A stretch of 59,884 bases of DNA, the filler included, from an uncultured Candidatus Sumerlaeota bacterium (GTDB lineage: Bacteria; CAYMEV01): NCBI GenBank assembly GCA_964389675.1. It is 12 parts of 12 records of this genome, joined end to end, with 100 filler letters (N's around TTAATTAATTAA, not from the genome) between each part and the next. Parts side by side here need not be neighbours in the genome. Positions count along the whole stretch, not along the records: positions 1 to 8,595 come from CAYMEV010000044.1; positions 8,696 to 15,979 come from CAYMEV010000046.1; 10 more parts are not named here. The stretch is one strand, 5' to 3'. The notes below the pieces were generated by a model, which worked only from the letters and a program-made list of their open reading frames with translations, ran no database searches and was not told where the DNA came from. Each line of letters opens with the position of its first letter. Position 1 is the first letter of the stretch. Shown piece by piece: positions 1 to 9,903 of this stretch. A program made the translations under genes and the position numbers.

Positions 1-54
1 CAAGATAACTTAGGATTCAGGCTAAAAAATTTACAGAAAAATTTTGACATAACC
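1..54 (+). mobile_element. IS256-family-like terminal inverted repeat (element end)
   Basis: Ends TTTACAGAAAAATTTTGACATAACC; reverse complement resembles the GAGAGTGTAAAATATTTTCTGTAAAT ends at 39487-39540 and 43945-43999. Confidence 0.55.
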
Positions 55-321
55 ATTTTTTCCCGGTATTCCAAAACCGTCTATAAATATTAATATTATC
101 TTATTTTTCATTTTATGGCTGTTTTAACCCTATAAAGTCCAGTATGATATTATGCTTTTATAAACAAAGATGGGTGTCCTGTCAAATTTAATCAGGGCTG
201 CAGTTCATTTTATTGGTTTTTTTCAGACTTTGGCGGAAATCTTATATTATTAATTATTATATTGATTAAAAAATAATTTATATTTAAGATTATGATGATT
301 ATACAGTAAGGAGTCAAATAA

Positions 322-936
322 ATGACAAGAGTAAATATTTTTGCAGTAATGATGGTAATATTAACAGCGCTTTTTCTATGCTGCAGTAAAGAGGAAGCAT
401 CAGGAGAAAAGAATGAGAATAATATACCGATTGAGGAAGAGGCACTGTACATTGACCTGGAAAATATTTCATTTAAGAGCATATCAGAAATTTTGCTTGA
501 GGCTATTAAAGCCTATGATACAGATGCAAGAATGGCAAGGATAGATATTACCATAAATATTGAAAGCAATTTAAAGGACCTTAAGGCGATAATGTTCAAT
601 GATGATACTCAGACCAGGTATGTTTGCAATATCGAGGAAAATAAGCTTATCGTTAAAGAGAACCCTGCGCTATTTCAGGCACCAATGATTTCAATGGAAG
701 ATATTATTATAGACTATGAAGAGCTTATGTCAAAAATTCCCGCTGACATTGAGGATGAATCAGTTCGCAATACAGTTAAAGATTTTGCCCTGGCAAGGAT
801 TGTATTCTTCAACAGGCAGGACAGACCTACATATATGACTAAATACGTTAATAAAAGCAATCAGAACCAAAGCATTGTTCTATATTTTGATTCAAAGAAC
901 GGAGAGCTTTACCACATAGAGAAACTCGGCTTCTAG
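322..936 (+). CDS. Hypothetical lipoprotein
   Basis: AAGGAG RBS; hydrophobic N-terminus with lipobox-like LFLCC; 204 aa. Confidence 0.7.
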   Translation: MTRVNIFAVMMVILTALFLCCSKEEASGEKNENNIPIEEEALYIDLENISFKSISEILLEAIKAYDTDARMARIDITINIESNLKDLKAIMFNDDTQTRYVCNIEENKLIVKENPALFQAPMISMEDIIIDYEELMSKIPADIEDESVRNTVKDFALARIVFFNRQDRPTYMTKYVNKSNQNQSIVLYFDSKNGELYHIEKLGF

Positions 937-1212
937 CAAGACTTTCAGCAATTTTCATTCAGGCAATGATTACACTTTAAAACTAAAATGATCATTGAGC
1001 AATTATCTGAACCTGAAAAAGAAAGCCAAAATATATCATACCAATTTTGAAATCGATAAATAAAATATTATAAAATGTTACTAAGCATCCATCTCTTGAA
1101 TTTATTCATTTGTCTTTTAATATAAATCCCCTTTAAAAAAACAAACTTAAATTCGATGTCAGTGTTTAATTTTATAAAGCTAAATGAAAACCTATATCAG
1201 GAGGAAAATAAA

Positions 1213-2361
1213 ATGTATAAAATAGGCACTGCATTTTTATTTTTTATATTATTAATTCCTGCACTCTTTTTTATATCTCTGGAAAGCAGCGGAAAAGTGA
1301 ATCAGCCTGCTGAGGGCAATCTGATACAGATAGCGCTTCTTCTGGATACCAGCAACAGTATGGATGGGCTTATAAATCAGGCTAAATCCCATTTATGGAG
1401 CATTATTAACGAGGCATCAAGCGCAAAGAAATTCGGTGAAAATGCAAGGATTGAAGTTGCATTATATGAATACGGCAATAATGGACTGCCTGCTGAAGAA
1501 GGATATATAAGGCAGGTTGTTCCCCTTACATCAGACCTTGATATTATTGCTGAAAAGCTGTTTGAGCTTAAAACATTCGGCGGTTATGAATACTGCGGCC
1601 AGGTAATAAAAAGAGCTGTGGATGACCTTCAATGGAATAGCGATAAAGGTATTCTGAAGCTTGTTTTTATTGCAGGAAATGAACCATTTAACCAGGCAGG
1701 AAGCCAGAACAGCGGTGATTATGCAGATTCCTGTTCAGCAGCCATCAGGAAGGGCATCATAATAAATACCATATTCTGCGGTGGCCATGCCGAAGGGATC
1801 AATACACACTGGAAACATGGTGCAGACCTTGCAGATGGCCAATATATCAACATTGACCAGGACAGAGTGGTCCGCTATATTGAAACACCTATGGATAAGG
1901 AAATTCTCAGGCTCAATGAAAAGCTTAACAGGACATATATCCCTTATGGGTCAGAAGGGAGGAATCGGAAAGAACTGCAGGAGGTACAGGACCTGAAAGC
2001 TGAGGAGATGAGCCAGGAAAGCATGATACAGAGGTCTGTCTCAAAATCAAAATCAGTTTATGATTCATCGAGCTGGGATCTTGTCGATGCACTGGAATCA
2101 GGGAAAATCAAAATTGAAGATCTTGAGAACGAGAAGCTTCCTGATGATATGAAGGGCATGGATACCAGGCAGAGATCTGAGCATATCGAGGCCATGAGAA
2201 GAGAAAGGGGTGAAGTACAGGCTAAGATAAGCCAATTAAATGATCAAAGGGAAAAGTATATTACAGAAAAGAAAAAGGAAGAAGCCGATGAAGATACTCT
2301 TGATTCAGCAGTGAGAAAACTGATAAGGCAGCAGGCAGAAAAAAAGAATTATAATTTTTAA
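1213..2361 (+). CDS. Secreted vWA-domain protein
   Basis: MIDAS motif LLLDTSNSM and FIAGNE; AGGAGG RBS supports start at 1213 (MYKIG); signal peptide. Confidence 0.85.
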   Translation: MYKIGTAFLFFILLIPALFFISLESSGKVNQPAEGNLIQIALLLDTSNSMDGLINQAKSHLWSIINEASSAKKFGENARIEVALYEYGNNGLPAEEGYIRQVVPLTSDLDIIAEKLFELKTFGGYEYCGQVIKRAVDDLQWNSDKGILKLVFIAGNEPFNQAGSQNSGDYADSCSAAIRKGIIINTIFCGGHAEGINTHWKHGADLADGQYINIDQDRVVRYIETPMDKEILRLNEKLNRTYIPYGSEGRNRKELQEVQDLKAEEMSQESMIQRSVSKSKSVYDSSSWDLVDALESGKIKIEDLENEKLPDDMKGMDTRQRSEHIEAMRRERGEVQAKISQLNDQREKYITEKKKEEADEDTLDSAVRKLIRQQAEKKNYNF

Positions 2362-2379
2362 GGATAGGGGGAAAATAAA

Positions 2380-4566
2380 ATGAATTTAAGGTATTGGTCA
2401 GCCTTTTTTCTTGTACTTTTTTTAAGCGGCATTTTATATGCTGATGGTTTTGTTGTTGTCCATAATACTCCAAGGCCTTTTCCCCTGCAGGTAATATATC
2501 ACCATGTAACTGCTGAAATCAATGACAATATCGCAAAAACCAGGATTGAGCAGGTCTTTTATAATCCCTCAAGAATCCGGGCAGAAGGCACATATATGTT
2601 TCCTATACCCCCGGGGGCAGCGATCAGCGGATTTACGATGGATATTGACGGGAAAGTATTATCAGGTGAAATACTGGAGAGCAATAAGGCAAGAATGATA
2701 TACAATGATATAGTCAGGAGACAGCTGGATCCTGCATTGCTTGAGTATGTTGATCATGGGCTTTACAAAACTTCTGTATTCCCCATAAACCCGGGTGAGG
2801 AAAAGAGGATTACAATTGAATATGTAGAAACACTTGAAAGTGATTTTAACACATTTCAGTATTTCTACCCGTTAAGTACAGAGAAATTCTCCTCTTCAAT
2901 AATAAAGGATACCAGAGTAAAAATATCCATCAGGGACAAAAATGCAATAAAAACTGTGTTTTCAACAACACATGATGTTTCAGTCCATAAAAAGAGCAAA
3001 AACCATGTGGATATTTCCTACGAGGAATCCAATACAAGACCGGACAGGGACCTTATTCTGTATTACAGTACAGATCCGGGCGATGTTGGAATTTCACTTG
3101 CAACATACAGGGGAGTAGATAATGAGGATGGATTTTTCATGCTTGAGATATCCCCAGGAATGGATGATGATTCGGGAGAAGCTATTGTCAAGGATGTTGC
3201 CTTTATTATTGATACTTCAGGAAGTATGGCAGGCGATAAGATAATAAAGGCAAAACAGGCTTTGAGATTCTGCATAGATAACCTGAATAAGAATGACAGA
3301 TTTAATATTATCAGGTTTTCAACCGAGGCTGAAGGGCTTTTCAACGGCTTTGAAAGAACTGGTGAATCAGAGATCAGCAAAGCATTGAATTTTATTGAAA
3401 ATATGAAACCAATAGGCGGGACGAATATAGAAGAAAGCCTCAGTATGGGGTTAGACCTGATCGAACAGGATGACAGGCTTAAGATAGTTATCTTTATTAC
3501 TGACGGAAAACCCACTATTGGCGAAATGGATGAAAACAGCCTTATTGATATAATTAAGAGATCAAACATCAATAATACAAGGATATTTACCTTCGGCATA
3601 GGCTATGATATTAATACCCACCTGCTGGACAAGATCACCGAAATATCAAACGGCTACAGAAGCTATGTTACTCCTGAAGAAGATATTGAAATAAAGATAT
3701 CAAACTTTTTCCAGAAGATGCAGAACCCTGTCTTTGCTAACCTTGCCATTGAAATGAATGGAAATGTAAAGCTTTCCAAAATGTACCCTGCAAGGCTGCC
3801 GGACCTTTTTTCAGGTTCGTCTGTTGTAATATTCGGAAGATATAATGGTTACGGGGATGCAAGGCTTCTCCTGAGGGGAAATTACAGAAACAGAACAAAA
3901 ACCTTTGAATTTAAGGCAAAGTTTCCTGAAATAAGCATAAAGGATAAATATATAAGCCTGCTTTGGGCAAACAGAAGGGTTGGATTTCTGCTTGACAATA
4001 TCAGGCTTAATGGGGAATCAGAAGAATTAATTGAAGAGATAATATACCTGTCACGGAAATATGGGATCATAACTCCCTATACAAGCTATCTTATTCTGGA
4101 GGATGAGCTCGAAAACATCAGGACAGACAGGATCCACAGAGAACAGATGCTGGTTCCGGATGCTACAGCAGATATGCTAAACTATTCATATGATGAGTAT
4201 AATTATTCAGAAATCAGAAAGAAAGACGGCAAGGAAGCAGTCATGTCAAGCAGGTCTATACAGGAGATGTCAGATTCCTATAATATTTCACAGCAGAAAA
4301 ACCAGTATGATAAGCAGTCGTATTTTGATGAAACAGTATTTATCTCTGGAAGGACATTCTATAAATCCGGTAAATTCTGGATAGATTCATCTATCAGTGA
4401 AAAGAACAAGACTGATATTAGAAGGGTAGAGTTTGGAAGCAAGGCATATATGAAACTGCTTGACCTTGATGAGGAAATTGTGAGGATACTGTCTCTGGGC
4501 AGAAATATCAGATTTTTATATAAGGGATATATATGCGAAATATATGAAAAAACTGATAATGATTAG
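2380..4566 (+). CDS. VIT + vWA domain protein (inter-alpha-trypsin inhibitor-like)
   Basis: N-terminal VIT-like region (EGTYMFPIPPGAAISGF), vWA motifs IIDTSGSM, GGTNI and FITDG, C-terminal YGIITPYTSYL. Confidence 0.9.
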   Translation: MNLRYWSAFFLVLFLSGILYADGFVVVHNTPRPFPLQVIYHHVTAEINDNIAKTRIEQVFYNPSRIRAEGTYMFPIPPGAAISGFTMDIDGKVLSGEILESNKARMIYNDIVRRQLDPALLEYVDHGLYKTSVFPINPGEEKRITIEYVETLESDFNTFQYFYPLSTEKFSSSIIKDTRVKISIRDKNAIKTVFSTTHDVSVHKKSKNHVDISYEESNTRPDRDLILYYSTDPGDVGISLATYRGVDNEDGFFMLEISPGMDDDSGEAIVKDVAFIIDTSGSMAGDKIIKAKQALRFCIDNLNKNDRFNIIRFSTEAEGLFNGFERTGESEISKALNFIENMKPIGGTNIEESLSMGLDLIEQDDRLKIVIFITDGKPTIGEMDENSLIDIIKRSNINNTRIFTFGIGYDINTHLLDKITEISNGYRSYVTPEEDIEIKISNFFQKMQNPVFANLAIEMNGNVKLSKMYPARLPDLFSGSSVVIFGRYNGYGDARLLLRGNYRNRTKTFEFKAKFPEISIKDKYISLLWANRRVGFLLDNIRLNGESEELIEEIIYLSRKYGIITPYTSYLILEDELENIRTDRIHREQMLVPDATADMLNYSYDEYNYSEIRKKDGKEAVMSSRSIQEMSDSYNISQQKNQYDKQSYFDETVFISGRTFYKSGKFWIDSSISEKNKTDIRRVEFGSKAYMKLLDLDEEIVRILSLGRNIRFLYKGYICEIYEKTDND

Positions 4567-4633
4567 GCCTCAGCAATAGGTCATATTTCTTTATTATTTT
4601 GATTAAGCTGTTTTATTATGCTAAAAATTTGGT

Positions 4634-5653
4634 ATGAATCTGAATAGCAGGTTATTATTATTTCTTTTCATGTTTATCCTTGCAGGGACCTGCGCTTTTC
4701 TGGATACTTCAGTAGGCCTGTGCGAAGAAACAGGAAAAGAAACAACATATGTCAGTATTATACTGCAATGGTTTCCCCAGAGCCAGTTTGCGGGTTTTAT
4801 CGCTGCATATGAAATGGGATATTTTGATGATAATGGCCTGAAAGCAGAACTGGTTTTCTATGATAATACTGGAAGCATGCTGGATAAACTCGTTAAAAAT
4901 GAGATTCATTTTGTGACAGCATGGCTTTCCCAGGCAATTACCATCAAATCCAGGGGCAATGATATTGTAAACATATTTCAGCTTCTTAAAAAATCATCAC
5001 TGATGCTGGTTACCAAAGCTTCATATGGCATCAGGAAACCTGAAGATATCAGCAACAGGTGCTTAAGCGTGTGGGGCGGGGACTTCTCAATACAGCCCAA
5101 TGCTTTCTTTAACAAATATGGTATCAAGCCTGACCTTGTTTATCAGTCATACAGCATAGAACCGTTCCTTGCAGGTGCCTGTGAAGTGACATCCGCAATG
5201 TATTATAATGAATATAACAAGATCTATCAGGCAGGGTTTGATCATGACGAACTCGTTACCTTCATGTTCTCAGACTATGGCCTGAATTTTCCTGAAGACG
5301 GCATCTACTGTTCACGTGAATTCCTGATTAATAACAGGGATATTGCCTTAAGGTTTCTGGATGCTGTTGTAAAGGGCTGGGAGTATGCCTTTGAAAACCC
5401 TGATACAACAATCAATTATATCATGGAGTACAGCCGCGCCTATAACCTTAAAACAAACAGGGCACATCAGGAATGGATGCTGAATCATATAAAAGAAGCA
5501 TTCCTGTATAATACCGGAAATGATACTTTAAGATGGGGCTATCTGAGCAGGGAAGAGTATGAAAATGTTGCAGAAATACTGCTTCAGCAGGGCATTATTG
5601 ATAATGTGCCTGATTTTCAGGAATTCTATATAGATTTGAGAAATGAGAAATAA
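4634..5653 (+). CDS. NMT1/THI5-like substrate-binding protein
   Basis: LQWFPQSQFAGFIAAYEMGYF, AMYYNE, KGWEYAFENP motifs. Confidence 0.85.
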   Translation: MNLNSRLLLFLFMFILAGTCAFLDTSVGLCEETGKETTYVSIILQWFPQSQFAGFIAAYEMGYFDDNGLKAELVFYDNTGSMLDKLVKNEIHFVTAWLSQAITIKSRGNDIVNIFQLLKKSSLMLVTKASYGIRKPEDISNRCLSVWGGDFSIQPNAFFNKYGIKPDLVYQSYSIEPFLAGACEVTSAMYYNEYNKIYQAGFDHDELVTFMFSDYGLNFPEDGIYCSREFLINNRDIALRFLDAVVKGWEYAFENPDTTINYIMEYSRAYNLKTNRAHQEWMLNHIKEAFLYNTGNDTLRWGYLSREEYENVAEILLQQGIIDNVPDFQEFYIDLRNEK

Positions 5654-7583
5654 AGCAAAATCAAAATTCAGATTGAAATGCCCCATCAGGAAAAAACTGG
5701 TCCTGTACATAACCATTCCTCTAATAATAATTTATGGGATTGTATTATTTCTCAGTTATGATTATGGGAAAGAGAATGCTCTTCAGAGAACCAGGGATTA
5801 TCTGACTGAACTGACAGCCCACAATGCATCTGAGCTGAACAATCTGTTTTATTCGGTATCCTGCGAAGCTGCCGCCATAGCTGATTCTATCAAAGCTATC
5901 GGTGATATAAGTGACAGAGAGCTTGCTGACCTGGTATGCCACAAAGTAGATAATAATAAAAATATATACGGAATGGCAATTGCATACGAACCAGACCAAA
6001 AAAAAAGCGAAACGGGTGCTGAATTATATGCACCTTATTTCTATAAATCAGGTAAAGAAATAGAATCGGTTGATCTTGCAGATAAGTATTATTACCCCAC
6101 TCTGGACTGGTATCTGATCCCCGCCCTGCTCAAAGAGCCCTATTGGACTGAGCCTTATTTTGATGAGGGAGGCGGGGATGAGCTGATGGTAACATGCTCT
6201 CATCCTGTAATATCAGATGGGAGACTTAAGGCTGTTGCCACAGCAGACCTTTCTCTGCACGACCTGAGCAGAAGGATGTCAGATGTTCATATTATGGCAG
6301 GATATACATTTATAATTTCAAGAACTGGCAGCTTTGTATATCATCCAATCGAGGATTATATTATGAGAGAGACAATATTCAGCCTGTCCCAGTACTATGA
6401 CCTTCCTTATTTAAGGGAAATTGGCAGGGATATGATAAAAGGGGGAACAGGGGTTAAGGAATATCTTGATTTTGATACAGGTGAGAAGAAATGGCTTGTA
6501 TATACACCAATCAAAGATTGTAAATGGAGCTTTGCTGCAGTCATTCCCGAAGCACAGATTTTATCTGCCGTACGAAAGTCAATGATCTATCAGAGCATTA
6601 TAATGCTGGCTGGCCTGCTGCTGATTATTGTGATTATAATCTGGGTATCATACGGCATAACAAGACCCATAAGCAGACTAACCGAGTATGCTGAATATGT
6701 TGCAGAAGGAAATCTTGACAAAGAAATAGAAGAGATAAAGGGCTCTGATGAAATAAGCGAGTTAAGCCATATTTTTAATAAAATGACCAGAGACCTTAAA
6801 ATTCATATTGCCAGGCTTATGAATGCAACCAAGGAGAAAGAGGCAGCTGACAGTGAACTGAGGATTGCAAGGCAGATACAGGAAAGCCTTCTTCCGAGAA
6901 TATTCCCCCCATTTCCCGAAATGAAGGAATTTGACCTGTATGCTGCAAATATTCCAGCCAAAGAGGTTGCGGGGGATTTCTATGATTTTTTCTTCATAGA
7001 TAAAAAAAGACTGGCTCTGATTATTGCTGATGTTTCAGGCAAAGGCATTTCTGCAGGATTGTATATGGTAATTGCAAGAACCCTGACAAAAATGCTATGC
7101 CAGAGGGAAAACAGCACTCCTGCCATGGTATTGAACGAAGCAAACAGGATCCTGTGCCAGGATAATGATTCATGCATGTTTATTACTCTCTTTCTGGGAT
7201 ATTATGATATATATACGGGTGAATTGTCCTATTCAAATGCAGGGCATAAAGGAAGCAGCATACTCACATCAGAGGGGAGCATTAAGGAGCTTCAAAGCCT
7301 CGGGAACATGGCAATGGGGATCTCTGATACTGAAGCATATCGTGAAAGATCAGCCATATTGAAAAACGATGACAGGCTTATATTATTTACTGATGGTGTA
7401 ACAGAAGCTACATCGTCGTCAAATGAGCTTTATGGCGAGGAAAGATTCTATTCTGTAATCAAAAATTCTGCTGAATTTTCACTAAAGGATATTACAGGAA
7501 AGGTCTGCAATGACCTTTTATTATTCCAGGGAAACAGCCAGTTTGATGATATTACCCTTTTATTGCTAAAGAGGATAAAATAG
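5643..7583 (+). CDS. Cache-HAMP-SpoIIE (PP2C, RsbU-like) membrane phosphatase
   Basis: Two TM segments, dCache WY...WTEPYFD, HAMP, EVAGDFYDF, ADVSGKG, FTDGVTEA, DDIT. Confidence 0.92.
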   Translation: MRNKAKSKFRLKCPIRKKLVLYITIPLIIIYGIVLFLSYDYGKENALQRTRDYLTELTAHNASELNNLFYSVSCEAAAIADSIKAIGDISDRELADLVCHKVDNNKNIYGMAIAYEPDQKKSETGAELYAPYFYKSGKEIESVDLADKYYYPTLDWYLIPALLKEPYWTEPYFDEGGGDELMVTCSHPVISDGRLKAVATADLSLHDLSRRMSDVHIMAGYTFIISRTGSFVYHPIEDYIMRETIFSLSQYYDLPYLREIGRDMIKGGTGVKEYLDFDTGEKKWLVYTPIKDCKWSFAAVIPEAQILSAVRKSMIYQSIIMLAGLLLIIVIIIWVSYGITRPISRLTEYAEYVAEGNLDKEIEEIKGSDEISELSHIFNKMTRDLKIHIARLMNATKEKEAADSELRIARQIQESLLPRIFPPFPEMKEFDLYAANIPAKEVAGDFYDFFFIDKKRLALIIADVSGKGISAGLYMVIARTLTKMLCQRENSTPAMVLNEANRILCQDNDSCMFITLFLGYYDIYTGELSYSNAGHKGSSILTSEGSIKELQSLGNMAMGISDTEAYRERSAILKNDDRLILFTDGVTEATSSSNELYGEERFYSVIKNSAEFSLKDITGKVCNDLLLFQGNSQFDDITLLLLKRIK

Positions 7584-7605
7584 ATATGTATAGCAGGCAG
7601 GCATT

Positions 7606-8019
7606 ATGAAAGACAGGCTTGAATTAAGCATTCAAAATGACCATGAGATGGTTCCATCTGCTATAAGGGAACTGGAAGAATTTTGCAGAAAAAATAAAAT
7701 ACCTGATAAAACATGCATTAAATTAAGCATAGTTTTTGATGAGGTACTGACTAATATTATCAGCTATGCCTATGAAGATGAAAAAAAGCATATTATTGAA
7801 ATTATTATAGAAAAGACTAATGATACAATGGCTGCAACTTTTGCAGATGATGGCATGTATTTTAATCCCGAAGAAAAAATGCCTCCAGCTCTTGACAAGC
7901 CTCTTGAAAATCGGAAAGTAGGCGGGCTGGGTATACATATTGTCCGGAATCTGATGGATAGTACGATATATAAAAGAGAAAACGGCAAAAACTATTTTAT
8001 TGTAATTACGAATTTATAA
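7606..8019 (+). CDS. Anti-sigma factor / Ser-Thr kinase (RsbW-like HATPase_c_2)
   Basis: EVLTNIISYAY, DDG, GGLGIHIVRNLMD. Confidence 0.9.
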   Translation: MKDRLELSIQNDHEMVPSAIRELEEFCRKNKIPDKTCIKLSIVFDEVLTNIISYAYEDEKKHIIEIIIEKTNDTMAATFADDGMYFNPEEKMPPALDKPLENRKVGGLGIHIVRNLMDSTIYKRENGKNYFIVITNL

Positions 8020-8061
8020 ATATAGGATTAATTATATATTAATTATCTGGAGGGAAAATAT

Positions 8062-8400
8062 ATGGAGATCATAAAATCAAAAAAGGATCATATACAGATT
8101 CTGGAGCTTGTCGGCAGGCTGGACAGCAATACATCAAAAGACCTTGAAGCTGAGCTTACCGCTTTATTTATAAATAATGAATATAAAATACTCCTGGATT
8201 TTGCAAGGCTTGAGTATATAAGCAGTGCAGGGCTAAGGGTGCTTCTGGTCGGCGTAAAGACAATTAATAAAAACGAGGGCAGGCTTGCATTATGCTCTTT
8301 AAAGGAATTTGTGCATGAGATATTTGAGATTGCCGGCTTTACCCCGCTTTTTAATATCTATGATAATCGGGATGAAGCCCTGAAAAAACTTACGAGCTGA
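8062..8400 (+). CDS. STAS-domain anti-sigma antagonist (RsbV/SpoIIAA-like)
   Basis: GRLD and YISSAGLRVLL phospho-Ser motif. Confidence 0.92.
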   Translation: MEIIKSKKDHIQILELVGRLDSNTSKDLEAELTALFINNEYKILLDFARLEYISSAGLRVLLVGVKTINKNEGRLALCSLKEFVHEIFEIAGFTPLFNIYDNRDEALKKLTS

Positions 8401-8518
8401 GTTAAATTTTTGCTGTAAGATATTTATTTTTATGAACTGCTTCTATAAGAAGCATTCCTTCCTCATTTCCATAATGCCTTCTTTGTGAAATACGGCTGAT
8501 GTACCTGTTAATTTCAGA

Positions 8519-8546
8519 AGGCAAAAGCACCGTGCTGCTTTTGCCC
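8519..8546 (-). terminator. 3' hairpin with GCACGG loop after an orphan GH-like gene end
   Basis: Minus strand GGGCAAAAGCA-GCACGG-TGCTTTTGCCT. Confidence 0.8.
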
Positions 8547-8553
8547 TGCGATA

Positions 8554-8595
8554 TTACTCTTCTACCAGGTTTACGACTACATAAAGGACATCCCC
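8554..8595 (-). CDS. C-terminal end of a GH-like family paralog (partial, contig edge)
   Basis: Reads GDVLYVVVNLVEE*, matching GGDTLYTVVNLVED* of 12300..14180; may be the end of the 57975..58612 copy or another copy. Confidence 0.75.
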   Translation of the reverse strand, partial: GDVLYVVVNLVEE

Positions 8596-8695
8596 NNNNN
8601 NNNNNNNNNNNNNNNNNNNNNNNNNNNNNNNNNNNNNNNTTAATTAATTAANNNNNNNNNNNNNNNNNNNNNNNNNNNNNNNNNNNNNNNNNNNN
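8596..8695. other. Artificial contig linker; same linker at 15980, 23145, 29051, 34251, 39387, 44000, 48403, 51861, 55216 and 57875
   Basis: 100-nt N run with central TTAATTAATTAA (stops in six frames). Confidence 0.98.
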
Positions 8696-8749
8696 TTTTG
8701 AGATTTTTAAGATTTGAGCTGAAGGGTGAAAATTGATTTTACTATCAGT
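8696..8749 (-). mobile_element. Probable IS end truncating the duplicated SBBP gene
   Basis: About 54 nt unrelated to the SBBP gene, between the repeat boundary and the contig edge; family unassigned. Confidence 0.4.
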
Positions 8750-9884
8750 TCAATATCCCCACCCCCTGCATGCCTTGCCCATAGAAAGCGGCCTGTATTG
8801 TCTATCTTTGCTATAAATATATCTCTTATGCCATACGAGACAAGGCTGATATCCTGAGACTCTCCGAAATAAATTGTTTTGCCGAAATCCCCTGTTATTA
8901 CGGCATTGCCTTCATTATCAACAGCTATACCCCTGCTGTAATTAGATTTAGTCCCATAGGAATAGGTAACTTTGCCCACAGGAAATTGCCCCCGGCGTCA
9001 AGCTTTGCCACAAAGTTATCGGTATAAATATCAGAGCATCGGCCAACCAGGGTTATGACCGGCAGGGAGAAGGGATCGCCGAAATAAGCTGTATTGACGA
9101 ATTCGCCTGTTATAAAGGTATTGCCTGATGCGTCTGTGTCAACGCCGTTAATCGAAAAACGCTCACGTTCATCTATATAAGACCCTGCCTGGTTTACCCA
9201 GAGGAAATTTCCGTCATTATCCATTTTTGCAATGAAGCCGGTCTTATGATAATTGCCTAAGGTTATCAGTTCAATAGTGCCGGGAGCCCCCGGCTCCCCG
9301 AAATAGCAATTCCCTCTGACATTCCCGGATATATAGATATTGCCCTGGGAGTCCACATGTATATCCTCGCCGTAGTCATGGTGCCATCCCCCGGCCTTTG
9401 CGGCCCACAGATAATTGCCGTCAGGGTCAATCTTTACAATGAATATATCCAGCCCGCCGCGGGAGATCAGCTCAAAGGGACCGAAGGAAATAATATCCCG
9501 GAAGTATCCAGTTACATAAGAATTGCCGTATCCATCAATATCAATGCCGTATCCATAATCAAAATCCAGACAGTCGGCCTGGTTAACCCAGAGGAAGTTC
9601 GCGTCATTATCAATCTTTGCAATAAAGGTATCAGGCCACTCAACGGCAGTCAGATCAATACAGTCAGGATTCCCGGGGATCCCGAAGGTCGCATCACCGC
9701 TAAAGTCTCCTGTTATAAAGGAATTGCCGTCACTGTCCACAGCAATATCATGAACAAGGATAGACCCGTGGCCGCCATCATCCCCGGCCTGGGTGGCCCA
9801 GAGGAATTTGGGGGCTTCCTGGGCAAAGAGTAGAAATGAACCTGAATATAATAATAAAATCACCATTGCGGTATTCTTTAACAT
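8750..9884 (-). pseudogene. Duplicated, truncated and frameshifted SBBP beta-propeller gene
   Basis: Same MLKNTA start and repeats as 9902..12081; cut at 8750. Confidence 0.85.
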
Positions 9885-9903
9885 AAAGCACCTCCATACA
9901 GCT
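8750..9903. repeat. Direct repeat of 10947..12100 (offset 2197 nt)
   Basis: Identical translations and identical frameshift in both copies. Confidence 0.92.

Noticed and set aside
8596-8695. Repeated TTAATTAATTAA palindrome
   Set aside because: Artificial contig linker; ORFs ending in XXX-LIN are artefacts
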